A stretch of 64,000 bases of DNA from Desulfatiglandales bacterium (GCA_963662465.1 OY759599.1:6080001-6144000); one strand, 5' to 3'. Positions 13,395-24,152 are shown, counted from the first letter of the stretch. The notes: a model not told the origin generated them from the sequence alone. Numbers and translations are program-made.

Positions 13395-13475
13395 GCCGCG
13401 AAACCGGTTTTGCAACATAACGGTGCTTGGCGCTCGTCCTTGACCTTAAACAGCTATCAATAAGGAGGAATAAAC

Positions 13476-14309
13476 ATGGCCCAGGAGAAAATTACCATTG
13501 GCGCCTTACAGAAAAAAATGCAAACAGGTCAGAAAATCACAATGATGACGGCCTATGATTACCCAACCGCGAGTCTTGTGGATCAAGCCGAAATCGACAC
13601 CATTCTGGTGGGAGATTCCCTGGGCATGGTGGTGCTGGGCTACGATTCAACGGTGCCCGTGACCATGGACGAAATGATTCACCACTGTAAAGCGGTCCGC
13701 AGGGGCACAAAACGCGCCTTTGTGATCGGCGATATGCCGTTTATGTCCTATCAGGTGAGCCTTGAAAAGGCAGTGGAAAATGCCGGGCGTTTTATCAAGG
13801 AAGCCGGATGTGAATGTGTGAAGCTGGAAGGGGGTACGGAAATGGTCCCCGTGGTGAAAGCCATCACTACGGCAGGCATTCCCGTGTGCGCGCATATTGG
13901 ATTAACCCCGCAAACCGCCACAAAATTGAGCGGTTTCAAGGTTCAGGGCAAAGATGCGGAAGGGGCCGGAAAATTGATTCAGTCAGCCAGGGACCTGGAA
14001 GAAGCGGGGGCTTTCATGATTGTTCTGGAATGCATTCCCGATCTGGTGGCGTCAAGGATCACCGATGCCCTCCACATCCCCACCATCGGCATTGGCGCAG
14101 GCAAGGATTGTGATGGCCAGGTGTTGGTCTACCATGATCTGGTGGGGCTTTTTGAGCGGTTCACACCCAAGATGGTCAAACAATACGTGAATCTGGCGCC
14201 TCAAATCCGAGAGGCCCTGATTCAATACAAGCGCGAGGTGGAAGAGGGGTCATTCCCCGGTCCGGAGCATAGTTTTGCCATGAAAGAGGAAGAAGCGGGA
14301 AAGATGTGA
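13476..14309 (+). CDS. panB: 3-methyl-2-oxobutanoate hydroxymethyltransferase
   Basis: MMTAYD, LVGDSLGM, DMPFMSY, VKLEGG, HIGLTPQ, IGIGAG. Confidence 0.97.
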   Translation: MAQEKITIGALQKKMQTGQKITMMTAYDYPTASLVDQAEIDTILVGDSLGMVVLGYDSTVPVTMDEMIHHCKAVRRGTKRAFVIGDMPFMSYQVSLEKAVENAGRFIKEAGCECVKLEGGTEMVPVVKAITTAGIPVCAHIGLTPQTATKLSGFKVQGKDAEGAGKLIQSARDLEEAGAFMIVLECIPDLVASRITDALHIPTIGIGAGKDCDGQVLVYHDLVGLFERFTPKMVKQYVNLAPQIREALIQYKREVEEGSFPGPEHSFAMKEEEAGKM

Positions 14310-14333
14310 GTTTATCCACACAGGAGTCATGCC

Positions 14334-15266
14334 ATGAATTTTTTAATCGTCGGTCCCGGCGCCATGGGTTGCGTCTTTGCCGGTCATCTGAAAAAGGCCG
14401 GTCACTCGGTGGTTATTCTGGATTACAGGGAAGACCGGGCCAACCGTATCAATGTGGACGGCATTACCCTGGAAGGGGTTGGGGGAGACTTTAACGTCCA
14501 AGTATCCGCCGTTACGGGAAAACCGCCTCAGAAAATAGATGTGGTCCTCATTTGCGTCAAAGCCTATCAAACAAGAGAGGTTGCCGATGCTCTGGCCGTC
14601 TGGCTTGATCCCGAAGCTGTGGTACTCACCCTGCAAAATGGTCTTGGCAATCTGGAAACCCTTAAAAAAACATTCGGCGCAAAACGAGTATTGGGCGGTG
14701 TTACCGCGGAAGGGGCGACCCTTCTAGGTCCCGGCCATGTGCGGCATGCCGGGCGAGGACCTACAATTATCGGCCCACTGGGACCGGACGACGGACCCGT
14801 GGCGGGCATTGTTTCCGCTTTTGCGGACGCCGGTTTTGAGATCCGTGCCGTGGATGGCGTGGAGGACCTAATCTGGGGCAAGCTGATCGTAAACGTGGGC
14901 ATCAACGCCCTGGCCGCCATTACAAAGCTCAAAAACGGCCGATTGCCAGGCATAGAGGGTACGCGTCAGGTGATGAAAGAGGCAATTTTTGAGGCCGTTA
15001 GCGTTGCGGACGCCAAGGGTATACGGTTGCCCTTTCCGGATCCCGTAGCGCGGGTCTTGGAAGTGTGCCGCGGCACGGCCGACAATATTGCGTCCATGCT
15101 GCAGGATGTGTTGGCCCAGCGCGTCACGGAAATCCGATTTATTAACGGGGCTATTGTTTCGGAAGGTCGGAAACTGGGCATTCCAACGCCTGTCAATTTC
15201 ACGCTGAGCTGTTTGGTTCAGGCGCTTCAGGATTCCTACAGGGAGGTCGTTCAGGCACGGTTTTAA
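14334..15266 (+). CDS. panE: 2-dehydropantoate 2-reductase
   Basis: GPGAMG Rossmann motif, VKAYQ, LQNGLG, WGKLIVN, SMLQD, TEIRFING. Confidence 0.94.
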   Translation: MNFLIVGPGAMGCVFAGHLKKAGHSVVILDYREDRANRINVDGITLEGVGGDFNVQVSAVTGKPPQKIDVVLICVKAYQTREVADALAVWLDPEAVVLTLQNGLGNLETLKKTFGAKRVLGGVTAEGATLLGPGHVRHAGRGPTIIGPLGPDDGPVAGIVSAFADAGFEIRAVDGVEDLIWGKLIVNVGINALAAITKLKNGRLPGIEGTRQVMKEAIFEAVSVADAKGIRLPFPDPVARVLEVCRGTADNIASMLQDVLAQRVTEIRFINGAIVSEGRKLGIPTPVNFTLSCLVQALQDSYREVVQARF

Positions 15267-15322
15267 GTTTTAAGTAGAAAAACGAAACGATATCATATAG
15301 TTGTAAGGATATAGGGTATTTT

Positions 15323-15811
15323 TCAGCTTTGGGAAACCAACAGCTTCTGACCCGGCCTGATGGGCTCATCTACCGTCATTTGATTCAATTTGCACAGTCG
15401 GTCCACTGTGGTGCCGTATTTTCCGGCAATTGCGGAAAGACTGTCCCCGGGACGTACCGTGTGATATCGCTTTACAGTATTTGATGTAGGTCGGGTCATT
15501 TTTTCCATAAGGGCTATTTTGGTTTCCAGAACCTCCAGCCGCTCTTCAATCCGAGCAAAACCAGTCTCCGTGGAATCCACTGTTTCCCGGGCCGATTTCT
15601 CTTCGTTGCCAAAGACCATGACCAGTACAACAATCAAAACCAGAACAACTGAAGCTGCTGCCGGCATCCATTTCGCACTGTGTTTACGCTTCAAGCGGCC
15701 GGCACGTCCCAGCCTTTCATTTCTCGGAATGTATTCCAAATCATCAACGATACCATTCATGAATTCCGGAACAGCGTCATCCCTTTCGTGCTTAACGGTT
15801 TTATCGGTCAT
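15323..15811 (-). CDS. Membrane-anchored LysM domain protein
   Basis: Transmembrane segment, coiled coil and C-terminal YHTVRPGDSLSAIAGKYG...N..IRPGQKL. Confidence 0.85.
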   Translation of the reverse strand: MTDKTVKHERDDAVPEFMNGIVDDLEYIPRNERLGRAGRLKRKHSAKWMPAAASVVLVLIVVLVMVFGNEEKSARETVDSTETGFARIEERLEVLETKIALMEKMTRPTSNTVKRYHTVRPGDSLSAIAGKYGTTVDRLCKLNQMTVDEPIRPGQKLLVSQS

Positions 15812-16035
15812 TCTGAAACCCCTGACGCCTAACATTTTTCATGGACCGAATCTAACATGTCATTTTGTTCATGTCAACAAAACAATATAAGCTAAATCAA
15901 TGACATATATTAAGATATACTCCTTATTGCATGTCGAATATCCGGATCATTGAAATTTTATTTGACAAAACCCCAAAACGATGGTTCACTGAAAGGAATC
16001 AAGACCCTGTAACAACCCGGCGCGGAGGATACTAA

Positions 16036-16941
16036 ATGGACGATCGTTCATTCACCATGGTCATGGCTTCATTTGCGGCCGATTCTCTGGCTCTGGGCGC
16101 TCACTGGATGTATGACACCCTGGCCATAGCGCGGCAATTCGGACGGGTGGATGCATTGTTAAAACCGCTGTCCAACAGCTATCATCCCACAAAAGAACTG
16201 GGGGATTTTACCCACTACGGGGACCAGACTTTTATACTTCTGGAATCCCTGGCGGCGCGGAAACGCTTTTTGCTCGCTGACTTTTCGGTTCGCTGGAAAA
16301 CGCTTTTTGAAAACTACACCGGTTACATGGACCAGGCCACCCAGGGAACCCTTGCCTCATATGATTCCGGCAAAAAACCCGAAAATGGCGGTTCCCCTTC
16401 CGACGACTTGGCCGGCGCCACCCGTATCGCCCCCCTGGTTTATGTGTATTCGGATGATCTTGAAAGCCTGACCGAGGCCGCGCGAGCCCAGACGCGAATG
16501 ACCCACGCCAACCCCTTGACCGTGGAAAGTGCGGCTTTCTTTGCAGAGGTGACTTTCCGGGTTTTAGGCGGTTTGACGCCCCGGAAAGCAATTCAGGAAA
16601 CCGCCGGCGAACATCTCAGGGATTCCCCCCTTTTTGAATGGGCCAATGCTGGCCTTCAGTCGGCTGGAAATAATTCCGTTCAAACCATTATTCGCTTCGG
16701 CCAGAGTTGCCATACGCTGGAAGCCTTTCCCGGCGTCATCCATTTGATTGCCAAATACGAAAACGATCTGAAAGAAGCGCTGGTCCAGTCGGTCATGGCG
16801 GGAGGCGACAGCGCCGCCAGGGGTATGCTGGTGGGGATGGTGCTGGGAGCGTATTTGGGCGCTGAAAGCCTTCCCCGGGAATGGGTATCAAATTTAAAGC
16901 GTGGTGAACAAATCACCCGGATGTTGCAGGACCTTCGTTGA
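16036..16941 (+). CDS. ADP-ribosylglycohydrolase family protein
   Basis: ADSLALG, AGATRIAP, THAN, AGGDSAARG...G..LGA. Confidence 0.88.
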   Translation: MDDRSFTMVMASFAADSLALGAHWMYDTLAIARQFGRVDALLKPLSNSYHPTKELGDFTHYGDQTFILLESLAARKRFLLADFSVRWKTLFENYTGYMDQATQGTLASYDSGKKPENGGSPSDDLAGATRIAPLVYVYSDDLESLTEAARAQTRMTHANPLTVESAAFFAEVTFRVLGGLTPRKAIQETAGEHLRDSPLFEWANAGLQSAGNNSVQTIIRFGQSCHTLEAFPGVIHLIAKYENDLKEALVQSVMAGGDSAARGMLVGMVLGAYLGAESLPREWVSNLKRGEQITRMLQDLR

Positions 16942-17208
16942 GGAGATTGGGGCTTGACTAGACCGTCGACGTTTTTTTAACTCAAAAACTGTACCAGCCC
17001 TCATGCCCATTAGGGCAAAACCACGGATCAAGGCGGAGGATTTGCCTCCAGGTTGGCTGTTTTATCCAACTTCGGAGAAAAACCCGCTGCCGCCGGACAT
17101 CGAACCGTTTACAAATAACATCAAACCGAGCCCAACATTACAGGAATTTTGGCATTGTTGTTTATTTGCAAGCCTCATCTTACTGAGGTTTAAGGAAAGG
17201 AGGGCGCC

Positions 17209-17757
17209 ATGAAAAAGGAATTGATGAATTATGAAGCTATCTTGAAAGTGACGCGGGACGTCGTTCAGTCCAGGGATCCCGAAGAGGTGGCCCTTTTGAC
17301 GGTGGAAAGTGTAAAAAGAGCCTTGCAGGCCAAAGGATGCGCACTGCTTCTTTTTAATCGCAAAACCGATGAATTGGAGGTCGCCGCTTCTTTTGGCTTG
17401 AGCAATGAATACCTCAACAAAGGTCCGCTCAGCTCAATGCGGTCTATTGCCGGGTCTTTAAAAGACGGTCCCGTGGCCATATCCGACGTTGCCGATGATC
17501 CGCGCATTCAGTATCCGGAAGAAGCCCGGAAAGAGGGTATTACTTCGATTCTTTCCGTGCCCATTGTTGTGGGGAGAAACCCCATTGGCGCGTTGCGCGT
17601 GTACTCAGCGGAACCTTGGGAGGCAACACTGGAAGACGTGAACCTGGTCCAGGCCCTGGCGCAGATCGCCGGTATGGGGTTGGAGCTGGCACGGCTGTAC
17701 AGGGGCCTCAAGAGCAGTATTGAAATCCTGAAGTCCAAGCGAGATCCCAAGGAGTAG
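17209..17757 (+). CDS. GAF domain protein
   Basis: VAISDVADDPR, SILSVPI...IGALRVYS. Confidence 0.88.
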   Translation: MKKELMNYEAILKVTRDVVQSRDPEEVALLTVESVKRALQAKGCALLLFNRKTDELEVAASFGLSNEYLNKGPLSSMRSIAGSLKDGPVAISDVADDPRIQYPEEARKEGITSILSVPIVVGRNPIGALRVYSAEPWEATLEDVNLVQALAQIAGMGLELARLYRGLKSSIEILKSKRDPKE

Positions 17758-17811
17758 GGGTAGACCTGTGTGTCTGCTCAGTAAAGGGCGAACGCACAGG
17801 TTCGCCCCCTA
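17754..17811. repeat. Inverted doublet of GTAG-family REP sequences
   Basis: GTAGGGGTAGACCTGTGTGTCTGCTC and, on the reverse strand, GTAGGGGCGAACCTGTGCGTTCGCCC, between convergent genes. Confidence 0.75.
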
Positions 17812-17832
17812 CATTGGTGGCCAAAAAAGGCA

Positions 17833-18609
17833 TTATTGCGGGTTATAGATTTCCAGGAGTCTCTTTTCCGTTTCGCCCTCGATTTTGGCTATAATCTCAA
17901 CATAATTGGCAATACTGGAGTTTTGAAGTTTGTGGCGCAGGAGTTCATCCACCTGGAAAATGCCCGCTGAATTGGCCAGGGTGATCACCAGTTTTACCGG
18001 TTTTTTCTCTCCCTTTTCAATATTCACGGAGTCCACGGCCTGGGCCGAGATGGAGTGAATGTTCACTCGGCCCGTTTCAAAGGGGATGCGAGAACGTCCT
18101 TCGGTCATATCCAGGGCATCCGCCACCTTGAGGACTCCCGCTTCGATGGTTAAACAGGTTTCCTTGGCATTGTGGGCCACAATGGCGTGCAGCACTTCCG
18201 ACGTTATGGTAGTCAAATCAGGCTCTTCATAGATGCCTTTCAGTAGTTCCCGGGCCTTGGGGTAGGCCAGAAAAAGGCTGTATTGCTCGTGATGAACACG
18301 ATGAACGGCGATGCCGATGTCATGCAGACATGCGGCAAGGACCACAATGAGTTCCGCATCATCCTGCCCCAAAGAATGATTTTTTACCACACTGGGTTCA
18401 ACCCCTCCCTCTATGAGCAACCGCAGCAACTTCAGGGCGGCATTGGCCACGATGCGGATATGGATTTCCCCATGGTCGCTGATGCCGCTCCGATCCATGG
18501 CATTCACGTTGGCGCATTTCCAGAGTTGCAGCAGCTCCGGATCTTCGTTGATGCGATGGGCCAACTGTTTTATTTTATGATTTTTTTTAGCTAGAACGAA
18601 GAATTTCAT
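17833..18609 (-). CDS. HD-superfamily phosphohydrolase
   Basis: DHG..H, AACLHDIG, VAH, VADALDM. Confidence 0.88.
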   Translation of the reverse strand: MKFFVLAKKNHKIKQLAHRINEDPELLQLWKCANVNAMDRSGISDHGEIHIRIVANAALKLLRLLIEGGVEPSVVKNHSLGQDDAELIVVLAACLHDIGIAVHRVHHEQYSLFLAYPKARELLKGIYEEPDLTTITSEVLHAIVAHNAKETCLTIEAGVLKVADALDMTEGRSRIPFETGRVNIHSISAQAVDSVNIEKGEKKPVKLVITLANSAGIFQVDELLRHKLQNSSIANYVEIIAKIEGETEKRLLEIYNPQ

Positions 18610-18637
18610 AAGGTTAGATGACAACCCTTTTTTTCAA

Positions 18638-19954
18638 TTATGCAGGCCTTTCCATCTTGCAGCCGCTCTGTTCCGGTGTTTGATAGGCCTCGCGTGCAGG
18701 CACTTTCCCCACAACATCAAAATAATCCCAGGGCTCCGTAATTTCCTGCTGACTTTTGCACCGAACAATGAGTGCATCGTTAATGGCCTGGTGGTTCTCT
18801 TTGTAGATGTATCCGGGATTGGCGAACATGTCCCGAAATTCATGGCCTTCCAGTTGTTCAATGATCTTGTCGGGATCCTTGGCGTTGGCGCGTTGGACGG
18901 CTTTGATGAATTGCAGGGTGGCGGAATAATTGGCCGCCGTGAGCCAGTGGGGCGGCGCTTTCATAACTTTTTTGAACCGTTCCACGTAGGACTTGACCCC
19001 CGGATTTTCAGACTTCCAGTACCACGATACCGTGGCATAGTCCCCTTCGTAAACCTTCACACCCGCGGCATGGATATTGGCGGTAAACATGAGGGCATGG
19101 AGTATGGCCATTTTCTTTTTAAGGCCGAATTCATTGGCGGCTTTGGTGGCGTTGACCGTATCCGCGCCGGCATTTAAAAGAACGAGAACGTCCGCTCCGG
19201 AATTCAGCGCCTTGATCATATAAGGCGAAAAATCAGATGTTCCCAGGGCAACCATGTCGTTGCCGATAATTTTACCGCCCTTTTTCTCCACGGCGGCACG
19301 GAAATTTTTCAGCAGATCATGCCCCCAGGCGTAATCGGCCGTGATGGCGTACCATTTTTCCCCCAGGTTTTCGGCCGCCCACAATCCGCCGGCCGTGGCC
19401 AGCATATAATTGTCATATCCCCAATCAAAACCGTAATAATTGCACTTATCGCCGGTCTGTACCGTGGTGCCTGAATCCACCGAAATGAAAAGTCGTTTGT
19501 ATCGGCGCGACTGCTCATTAACGAGCAGGGAACAGGCGGACTGGGGCACGTCAATGATGACATCCACCTTTTCCTTTTCGTAAAGTTCCCTGGCTTCTTC
19601 ATTGGCAATCCCCGGGTCCAGGCGGTGGTCTCGGACGATGACCTGGATAGGCTTTCCAAGGGCTTTTCCGCCGGCGTCTTCCACGGCCAGCTTGATGCCC
19701 AGGAGATCCTGTTTGTTCAGAAACGCATAGGTCTTATTCATATCGATCATCACGCCGATTTTCAAGGGGTCGGAGGCCCAGGCGGGTTTAATCCAGACAT
19801 GCGGCGCCACGGCGGTCACAGCCCCGGTAATGGCGGCTGTTTTGATGAAATCGCGGCGGGTCATCATTGAGGGTTTTTTTTCTTCGGAAAGCCCCTTTTT
19901 TCCATTTTCCACCTTCATGGTTTCAGTGTCCTTGGTTTTTTTTGGGTCCCCCAT
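18638..19954 (-). CDS. Tat-exported ABC substrate-binding protein (LivJ/branched-chain type)
   Basis: TRRDFIK twin-arginine signal, LKIGV, ADYAWG, DFSPY..KA. Confidence 0.88.
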   Translation of the reverse strand: MGDPKKTKDTETMKVENGKKGLSEEKKPSMMTRRDFIKTAAITGAVTAVAPHVWIKPAWASDPLKIGVMIDMNKTYAFLNKQDLLGIKLAVEDAGGKALGKPIQVIVRDHRLDPGIANEEARELYEKEKVDVIIDVPQSACSLLVNEQSRRYKRLFISVDSGTTVQTGDKCNYYGFDWGYDNYMLATAGGLWAAENLGEKWYAITADYAWGHDLLKNFRAAVEKKGGKIIGNDMVALGTSDFSPYMIKALNSGADVLVLLNAGADTVNATKAANEFGLKKKMAILHALMFTANIHAAGVKVYEGDYATVSWYWKSENPGVKSYVERFKKVMKAPPHWLTAANYSATLQFIKAVQRANAKDPDKIIEQLEGHEFRDMFANPGYIYKENHQAINDALIVRCKSQQEITEPWDYFDVVGKVPAREAYQTPEQSGCKMERPA

Positions 19955-20274
19955 TGCAACCTCCTTTTCCCTAAACGTTGTTTTGGTTCAAACGGTCAAA
20001 TACCGCTTCTAAAATCAAGGAACCTCGGATTTTGATTATCTCCGTCATAATTAACCTTGTGACTTCTTTTAATCAATAAAGCATACTACAGAACAGATTT
20101 GTATCTGTCAAAATTTTCTTCTAAAATCCCCCTGCTATGAAGGACCTGTAAGTGTCGCATGTCGATCTGAATCGTGACGCATAAAAAGTTCTTGACAACG
20201 GGTAAGTTGCCATGAAAGGATTTTCAACAGATTGAATTTCTTAAATGTGTAAACTGTGGCGGAAAGGTCGAGAA

Positions 20275-20724
20275 ATGGCTGGGAAAGGGGAACGACAGTC
20301 TATTCAAAATCCGGGAACCCCCATCCTTTTCGTTGATGATGATCCAATCATCCATCGGGTGGTGGCCAAATATCTGGAGGATTGGAATGTGACGTCGGTT
20401 TTTTCCGGATGGGAGGCACTGGAACTTCTTGAAAAGAAGAACTTTGTCATTGTTATTACAGACCTTAAGATGCCGGGCATAGACGGCATGGAGCTTCTGC
20501 ACAAAATCAAAGCCAAATACAACAACCGCGTGCAGGTGATTGTTATTACGGTTTCGGATGATTTGGATGACCTTGTGGGCGCATTGGACGGCGGCGCCAG
20601 CGACTTTTTACTGAAACCTCTCAAAAAAGAGGTGCTGATAGAGGTCCTACGGCACACCGTGTCAAGAATTAATCGGTGGAATCAATCCTTGAACATGCTC
20701 ATTCGCAAAAACAGTCCCCCTTAA
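20275..20724 (+). CDS. Single-domain response regulator
   Basis: ILFVDDD, ITDLKMPGIDG, DFLLKP. Confidence 0.9.
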   Translation: MAGKGERQSIQNPGTPILFVDDDPIIHRVVAKYLEDWNVTSVFSGWEALELLEKKNFVIVITDLKMPGIDGMELLHKIKAKYNNRVQVIVITVSDDLDDLVGALDGGASDFLLKPLKKEVLIEVLRHTVSRINRWNQSLNMLIRKNSPP

Positions 20725-22430
20725 ACCACCCGTGTTGACTTTTTTTCCAATATTGCTTGGGCGTGGGCCATGGCATGCAGCGTAGTGTTGCGCCCCCCGA
20801 GAAGTCTTGCAATTTCCATGACCCTCATTTCAGGGGTGAGTTCCTGGATGGCGGCCCGGGTTCGTCCCCCCTCGACCTCTTTTTTTACCAGAAAGTGGTT
20901 GATGCCCTGGGATGCAATTTGAGGCAGATGCGTAATGCAAAAAATCTGATGAAATGCGGCCAGTGATAAAAGTTTTTCGCCCACAACCTCGGCTGTAGCG
21001 CCGCTGATACCGGCGTCAACTTCGTCAAAAACGATGGTTTCCACGGAGGCGTTTTTGGCCAGAATTGTTTTGACGGCCAGCATGATCCTGGAAAGTTCCC
21101 CCCCCGAAACAATCGTTGACATGGGTTTCAAGGCTTCACCGGGATTGGTGGAAAGCATGAAGGCCACGCGATCAAAACCGTCGGGGCCTAATGCTTTAAT
21201 GCGGTATTCTTTTGCCGCCTGGGTCTCTGGCGGATCCCCTTCAAATGGCGCCTCAAACCGGGTATCCTTCATGTGAAGTTGCCGGAGTTCTCTTTCCATC
21301 GCCGTTTTGAGCCCTTGAGCGCCCTCTTTTCTTTTTTGGGAAAGGCGTTCCGCCTGCTCAATCAGGCTTAATTCCATGGCTTTCCGTTTCTTGATGAGCG
21401 TTGCCAGCGCCTCTTTTTGATTCGTCAGATCGTCAAATCCTGAGGCCAGTTTTTCTTTGAAATTCAGAACCTCTTCAAGGGTTCCACCATATTTTCGTTT
21501 GAGTCCGTTTAACGCATCGAGTCTGTCTGAAATGGCCGACAGCCGTTTGGGATTAATCTGAACGCTTTCCTGGAAATCCCTCAGCGCAAAAGAGACATCC
21601 TCAATGTTGACTTGAATTTCAGCCAGGGAATTCGCCATGGGCAAAAGGCGTTTGTCCAGTTGGGCGCCTTTCGCAACGCTTTTTCCACAGCGGGAAAGGA
21701 GCGAAAGAATGGAATCTGCTCGCTCATAAAGGATTTGATGTCCGTTTCGAGCGATTTCCAACAAATCTTCGGCGTGTTGGAGCCGAACTTTTTCTTCGTT
21801 TAGAAGGTCATCCTCCCCGAGCTTTGGCTGTACGCTTTCAATTTCCCGCAGCTGAAAATCCCCGAGTTCCCGGCGTTCCCGCTGTTCGGCGATTCCTTTC
21901 TCATTTTCATGTATTCGGTCTTTTAATCTCTGGTATCTTTCAAATTCGGCGCTGAAACGATTTCGGTCTTTTTTTAATCCGCTGAACTCATCCAGCAGAT
22001 AAAGATAATGCTCGGGTTTCAACAGATGTTGGTGGGCATGCTGGCCGGAGACACTGACCATATGCGGTCCCAGGCGAGCCAGCATCTGAAGTGTGGACAG
22101 GGAACCGTTGATCAGTACCTTGTTTCGTCCCGCACGGAAAATGACTCTTTTGATGAGCAGTTCCCGGTCGAATGGAATGTTCCACTCCAGCAGCAGTTGC
22201 TTCAATTTCGGATTGCTCGGAAAGACAAAAAACGCTTCCACGGATGCTTCCATGCATCCTGTGCGAATCAGATCCGAGTAAGATCTTTCCCCTAAAATAA
22301 GATTGATGGCCCTGATAATGATAGACTTGCCGGCGCCGGTTTCGCCGGAAAGTATGTTAAGGCCATTCTTCAGGGAAAATTCCAGATTGTCGATAATGGC
22401 GAAATTATGGATGTTTAGATTGACAAGCAT
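20721..22430 (-). CDS. recN: DNA repair protein RecN
   Basis: GETGAGKS, SGGELSRIML, FDEVDAGISG, ITHLPQIA. Confidence 0.96.
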   Translation of the reverse strand: MLVNLNIHNFAIIDNLEFSLKNGLNILSGETGAGKSIIIRAINLILGERSYSDLIRTGCMEASVEAFFVFPSNPKLKQLLLEWNIPFDRELLIKRVIFRAGRNKVLINGSLSTLQMLARLGPHMVSVSGQHAHQHLLKPEHYLYLLDEFSGLKKDRNRFSAEFERYQRLKDRIHENEKGIAEQRERRELGDFQLREIESVQPKLGEDDLLNEEKVRLQHAEDLLEIARNGHQILYERADSILSLLSRCGKSVAKGAQLDKRLLPMANSLAEIQVNIEDVSFALRDFQESVQINPKRLSAISDRLDALNGLKRKYGGTLEEVLNFKEKLASGFDDLTNQKEALATLIKKRKAMELSLIEQAERLSQKRKEGAQGLKTAMERELRQLHMKDTRFEAPFEGDPPETQAAKEYRIKALGPDGFDRVAFMLSTNPGEALKPMSTIVSGGELSRIMLAVKTILAKNASVETIVFDEVDAGISGATAEVVGEKLLSLAAFHQIFCITHLPQIASQGINHFLVKKEVEGGRTRAAIQELTPEMRVMEIARLLGGRNTTLHAMAHAQAILEKKSTRVV

Positions 22431-22751
22431 GTCATTTCGAAGCCATTAATGGGTCCTTTTAGGTTTCTATTCGCTGAACGCAAACCTGCGCCCTAATATC
22501 CATGGAACCAAATGTCGATTTAAATAATGTTTGCAAAATTTTTCCATGCCATAAATCTCTCCTCTGCGAAAAAAGACAATCGTTAGAAAAGTTTTGGTTT
22601 TCCCAAGCCTGCCGGCGTTAAAGATCGGAACGGCAGGTGGGTCTTTTGAAGCATTGACTTTGGCCATAGATATCATTAAAGTCAACGTTCGTCGACCAAA
22701 ATTTGGTCATTTTCCGCGTTAAAAGGGACAACTGCTCCCAAAATAAAGTGC

Positions 22752-24152
22752 ATGATAATGAAATTGAAAAAAGGACACACGCTTGAGCTGAACATTGAAA
22801 GGATGGCCTATGGGGGCCGCGGCATTGCACGCATGGATGGATTTGTGATCTTTGTACGCGGCGCCGTTCCCGGGGACAGGGTTATGGCCAGAATCTACAA
22901 AAAAAAGAAGGATTATGCCGAGGCAGGCCTTGTGGAATTGCTGGATGCATCATGTGATCGCATCGAAGCCGCCTGTCCATATGCGGGATACTGCGGGGGT
23001 TGTCAATGGCAGCATGTGGCCTATGAAAAGCAGTTGGAATTTAAAAGCGAACACATAAAGGAACCCCTTGAACGTATTGCGGGACTGAAAGATGTGCTGG
23101 TTCGACCCCTGCTTCCCTCTGGCAATATTTTTGGGTACCGAAATAAAATGGAGTTTTCCTTCTCCGACAGGCGGTGGTATCTTCCCGATGAACTGCCTTT
23201 TAAAGAGAAAGGCGAAGATTTTGCGTTGGGACTCCATGTGCCCGGGACTTATCATAAGGTTATTGATATGACGGCATGTTTGCTGCAGCCGAAAACGGGA
23301 AACGAAATCTTGAGAGAAGTCGGGCAATACGTAAAGGATTCGGGCATTCCGGTTTATGGGTTGAAAAGCCATAAAGGCTTTTGGCGTTATTTGACCATTC
23401 GCCATTCCGAGGCGTTTGACCAGTGGATGGTCAATCTGGTCACGTCGGAAGAGAATGTATCCATGGTTCAGCCCCTGGCCGACAGCCTCTGTCAAAAGTT
23501 TGAGGGGATCAAGACCGTGGTCAACAATATCAATGGACGAAAGGCTTCCATTGCAGTCGGAGAACACGAAAAAGTCCTCAGGGGCGATGGGTTTATCAAC
23601 GATAAAATTGGTCCCTTTACCTTCCGGATTTCGGCAAACTCGTTTTTCCAAACCAATACCTCTTCCGCTGAAAAACTCTATAATCAGGTGCTTTGTTATA
23701 CGAACCCGAAAGGCACGGAAATGGTGCTTGATCTGTACAGCGGCACCGGCACCATTCCGATTTTTCTGGCAAGCCGGGTTCGTGCCGTTACCGGCATAGA
23801 GATCAGCGAAAGCGCCACGGCGGACGCAAACAGGAATGCCTTGGAAAACGGCGTTCGGAACTGTCAGTTCGTATGTGGCGACATTCGTGAAAAACTTGGG
23901 CAAATAGCCTTTAAACCCGATATTATAATTATTGATCCGCCGCGCGCGGGAATGCATAAGGATGTGTTGGCCGAAACGCTGGCCCTTGCCCCTTACCGAA
24001 TCGTTTATGTTTCGTGCAATCCCACAACCCTGGCCAGGGATTTGGAGGCAATGGTTGAATTTTACGATTTGAATGAAATACAGCCGGTTGATATGTTTCC
24101 ACACACATTTCATATTGAAGCGGTTGCCAAGCTTTCCCGTCGAAAAAAATGA
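22752..24152 (+). CDS. rlmD: 23S rRNA m5U1939 methyltransferase
   Basis: TRAM domain, CPYAGYCGGCQWQH, SFFQTN, DPPRAG, YVSCNP, DMFPHT. Confidence 0.93.
   Translation: MIMKLKKGHTLELNIERMAYGGRGIARMDGFVIFVRGAVPGDRVMARIYKKKKDYAEAGLVELLDASCDRIEAACPYAGYCGGCQWQHVAYEKQLEFKSEHIKEPLERIAGLKDVLVRPLLPSGNIFGYRNKMEFSFSDRRWYLPDELPFKEKGEDFALGLHVPGTYHKVIDMTACLLQPKTGNEILREVGQYVKDSGIPVYGLKSHKGFWRYLTIRHSEAFDQWMVNLVTSEENVSMVQPLADSLCQKFEGIKTVVNNINGRKASIAVGEHEKVLRGDGFINDKIGPFTFRISANSFFQTNTSSAEKLYNQVLCYTNPKGTEMVLDLYSGTGTIPIFLASRVRAVTGIEISESATADANRNALENGVRNCQFVCGDIREKLGQIAFKPDIIIIDPPRAGMHKDVLAETLALAPYRIVYVSCNPTTLARDLEAMVEFYDLNEIQPVDMFPHTFHIEAVAKLSRRKK

Noticed and set aside
17148..17170. Sigma54 promoter (TGGCA...TTGCA) upstream of the GAF gene
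   Set aside because: The GG-to-GC spacing does not fit the strict -24/-12 distance.
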